In this document: positions 35,959 through 36,355 of the stretch, in pieces
Numbering within the stretch: position 1 is the stretch's first letter
Layout: every line of letters begins with the position of its first letter
IMG/VR virus record: IMGVR_UViG_3300022876_000012
Span: 1 to 36,355 of that record
Source: a virus
Taxonomy: Duplodnaviria; Caudoviricetes
Strand: one strand, 5' to 3'
DNA: 36,355 bases
Made by a program: the position numbers and the translations under genes
The notes under the pieces: generated by a model
Seen by the model: the letters and a program-made list of their open reading frames with translations, nothing else
The model's database searches: none
Told to the model about the DNA's origin: nothing

Positions 35959-36355
35959 ATGGTACAGAATCAAAGCCTTAGCCCAGTAAAATCAATGCCT
36001 ACGCTGTCCCGGCGCTTTAGTGTTGCACCCATGATGGATTGGACTGATAGGCATTGCAGATACTTCCTACGCCTCCTGTCGAAGAACGCCCTGCTCTACA
36101 CCGAAATGGTCACCACCGGCGCTCTCCTCAACGGCGATCACGAACGTTTCCTCCGTCACAACGAAGCCGAGCATCCGTTGGCGCTGCAGCTCGGCGGCAG
36201 TGTTCCGCTGGATCTGGCCGCTTGCGCGCGTATGGCGCAGGAGCATGGTTACGACGAGGTGAACCTTAATGTTGGCTGCCCGAGTGATCGGGTGCAGAAC
36301 AATATGATCGGTGCGTGCCTGATGGGGCATCCGCAGTTGGTGGCGGATTGTGTGA
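35959..36355 (+). CDS. dusA: tRNA-dihydrouridine synthase A (5' part; runs off the window)
   Basis: Manual translation: [21 protein letters not shown]...[11 protein letters not shown]...PLALQLGGS...[17 protein letters not shown]...GACLM. Confidence 0.96.
   Translation, partial: MVQNQSLSPVKSMPTLSRRFSVAPMMDWTDRHCRYFLRLLSKNALLYTEMVTTGALLNGDHERFLRHNEAEHPLALQLGGSVPLDLAACARMAQEHGYDEVNLNVGCPSDRVQNNMIGACLMGHPQLVADCV

Larger units (their letters stand above)
1..36070. mobile_element. P2-like (phiCTX-type) prophage integrated at dusA; left boundary not visible in the window
   Basis: P2 gene order Q-P/O-N-M-L-X-lysis-R-S-V-W-J-I-H-FI-FII-E-T-U-D, plus repressor switch, primase-helicase, Xis-like gene and integrase abutting dusA. 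No second dusA fragment (attL) was seen, so inclusion of umuDC is inferred. The right edge is approximate. Confidence 0.9.

Overview
The window is almost entirely a P2-like (phiCTX-type) prophage, most likely from Pseudomonas, inserted at the 5' end of dusA by a divergently oriented tyrosine integrase at the right end. The left att and cos are not visible. From left to right: SOS-boxed umuDC; an AT-rich moron; portal and terminase (minus strand); head, lysis, baseplate and contractile-tail operons; an AT-rich KAP-like P-loop NTPase moron; an immunity region (repressor, Zn-ribbon membrane protein, 38-aa peptide); an early operon (Cox-like, CII-like, Ogr-like, toprim primase-helicase, small cassettes, C5 methyltransferase, Xis-like); integrase; dusA. 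The most interesting unexplained signals are: (i) a 38-aa peptide behind a structured leader that aligns without gaps to the C-terminal region of the phage's own repressor (candidate mimic antirepressor); (ii) three covarying CTGCAA-loop hairpin plus RBS modules heading accessory early genes; (iii) a C5 methyltransferase whose variable region is five tandem TRD-like repeats; (iv) four single-gene morons, three of them defence-like; (v) a TGTAG-N9-YTACA late-promoter dyad with fixed spacing that predicts leaderless mRNAs. All protein calls come from motif and synteny recognition by eye; no searches were run.
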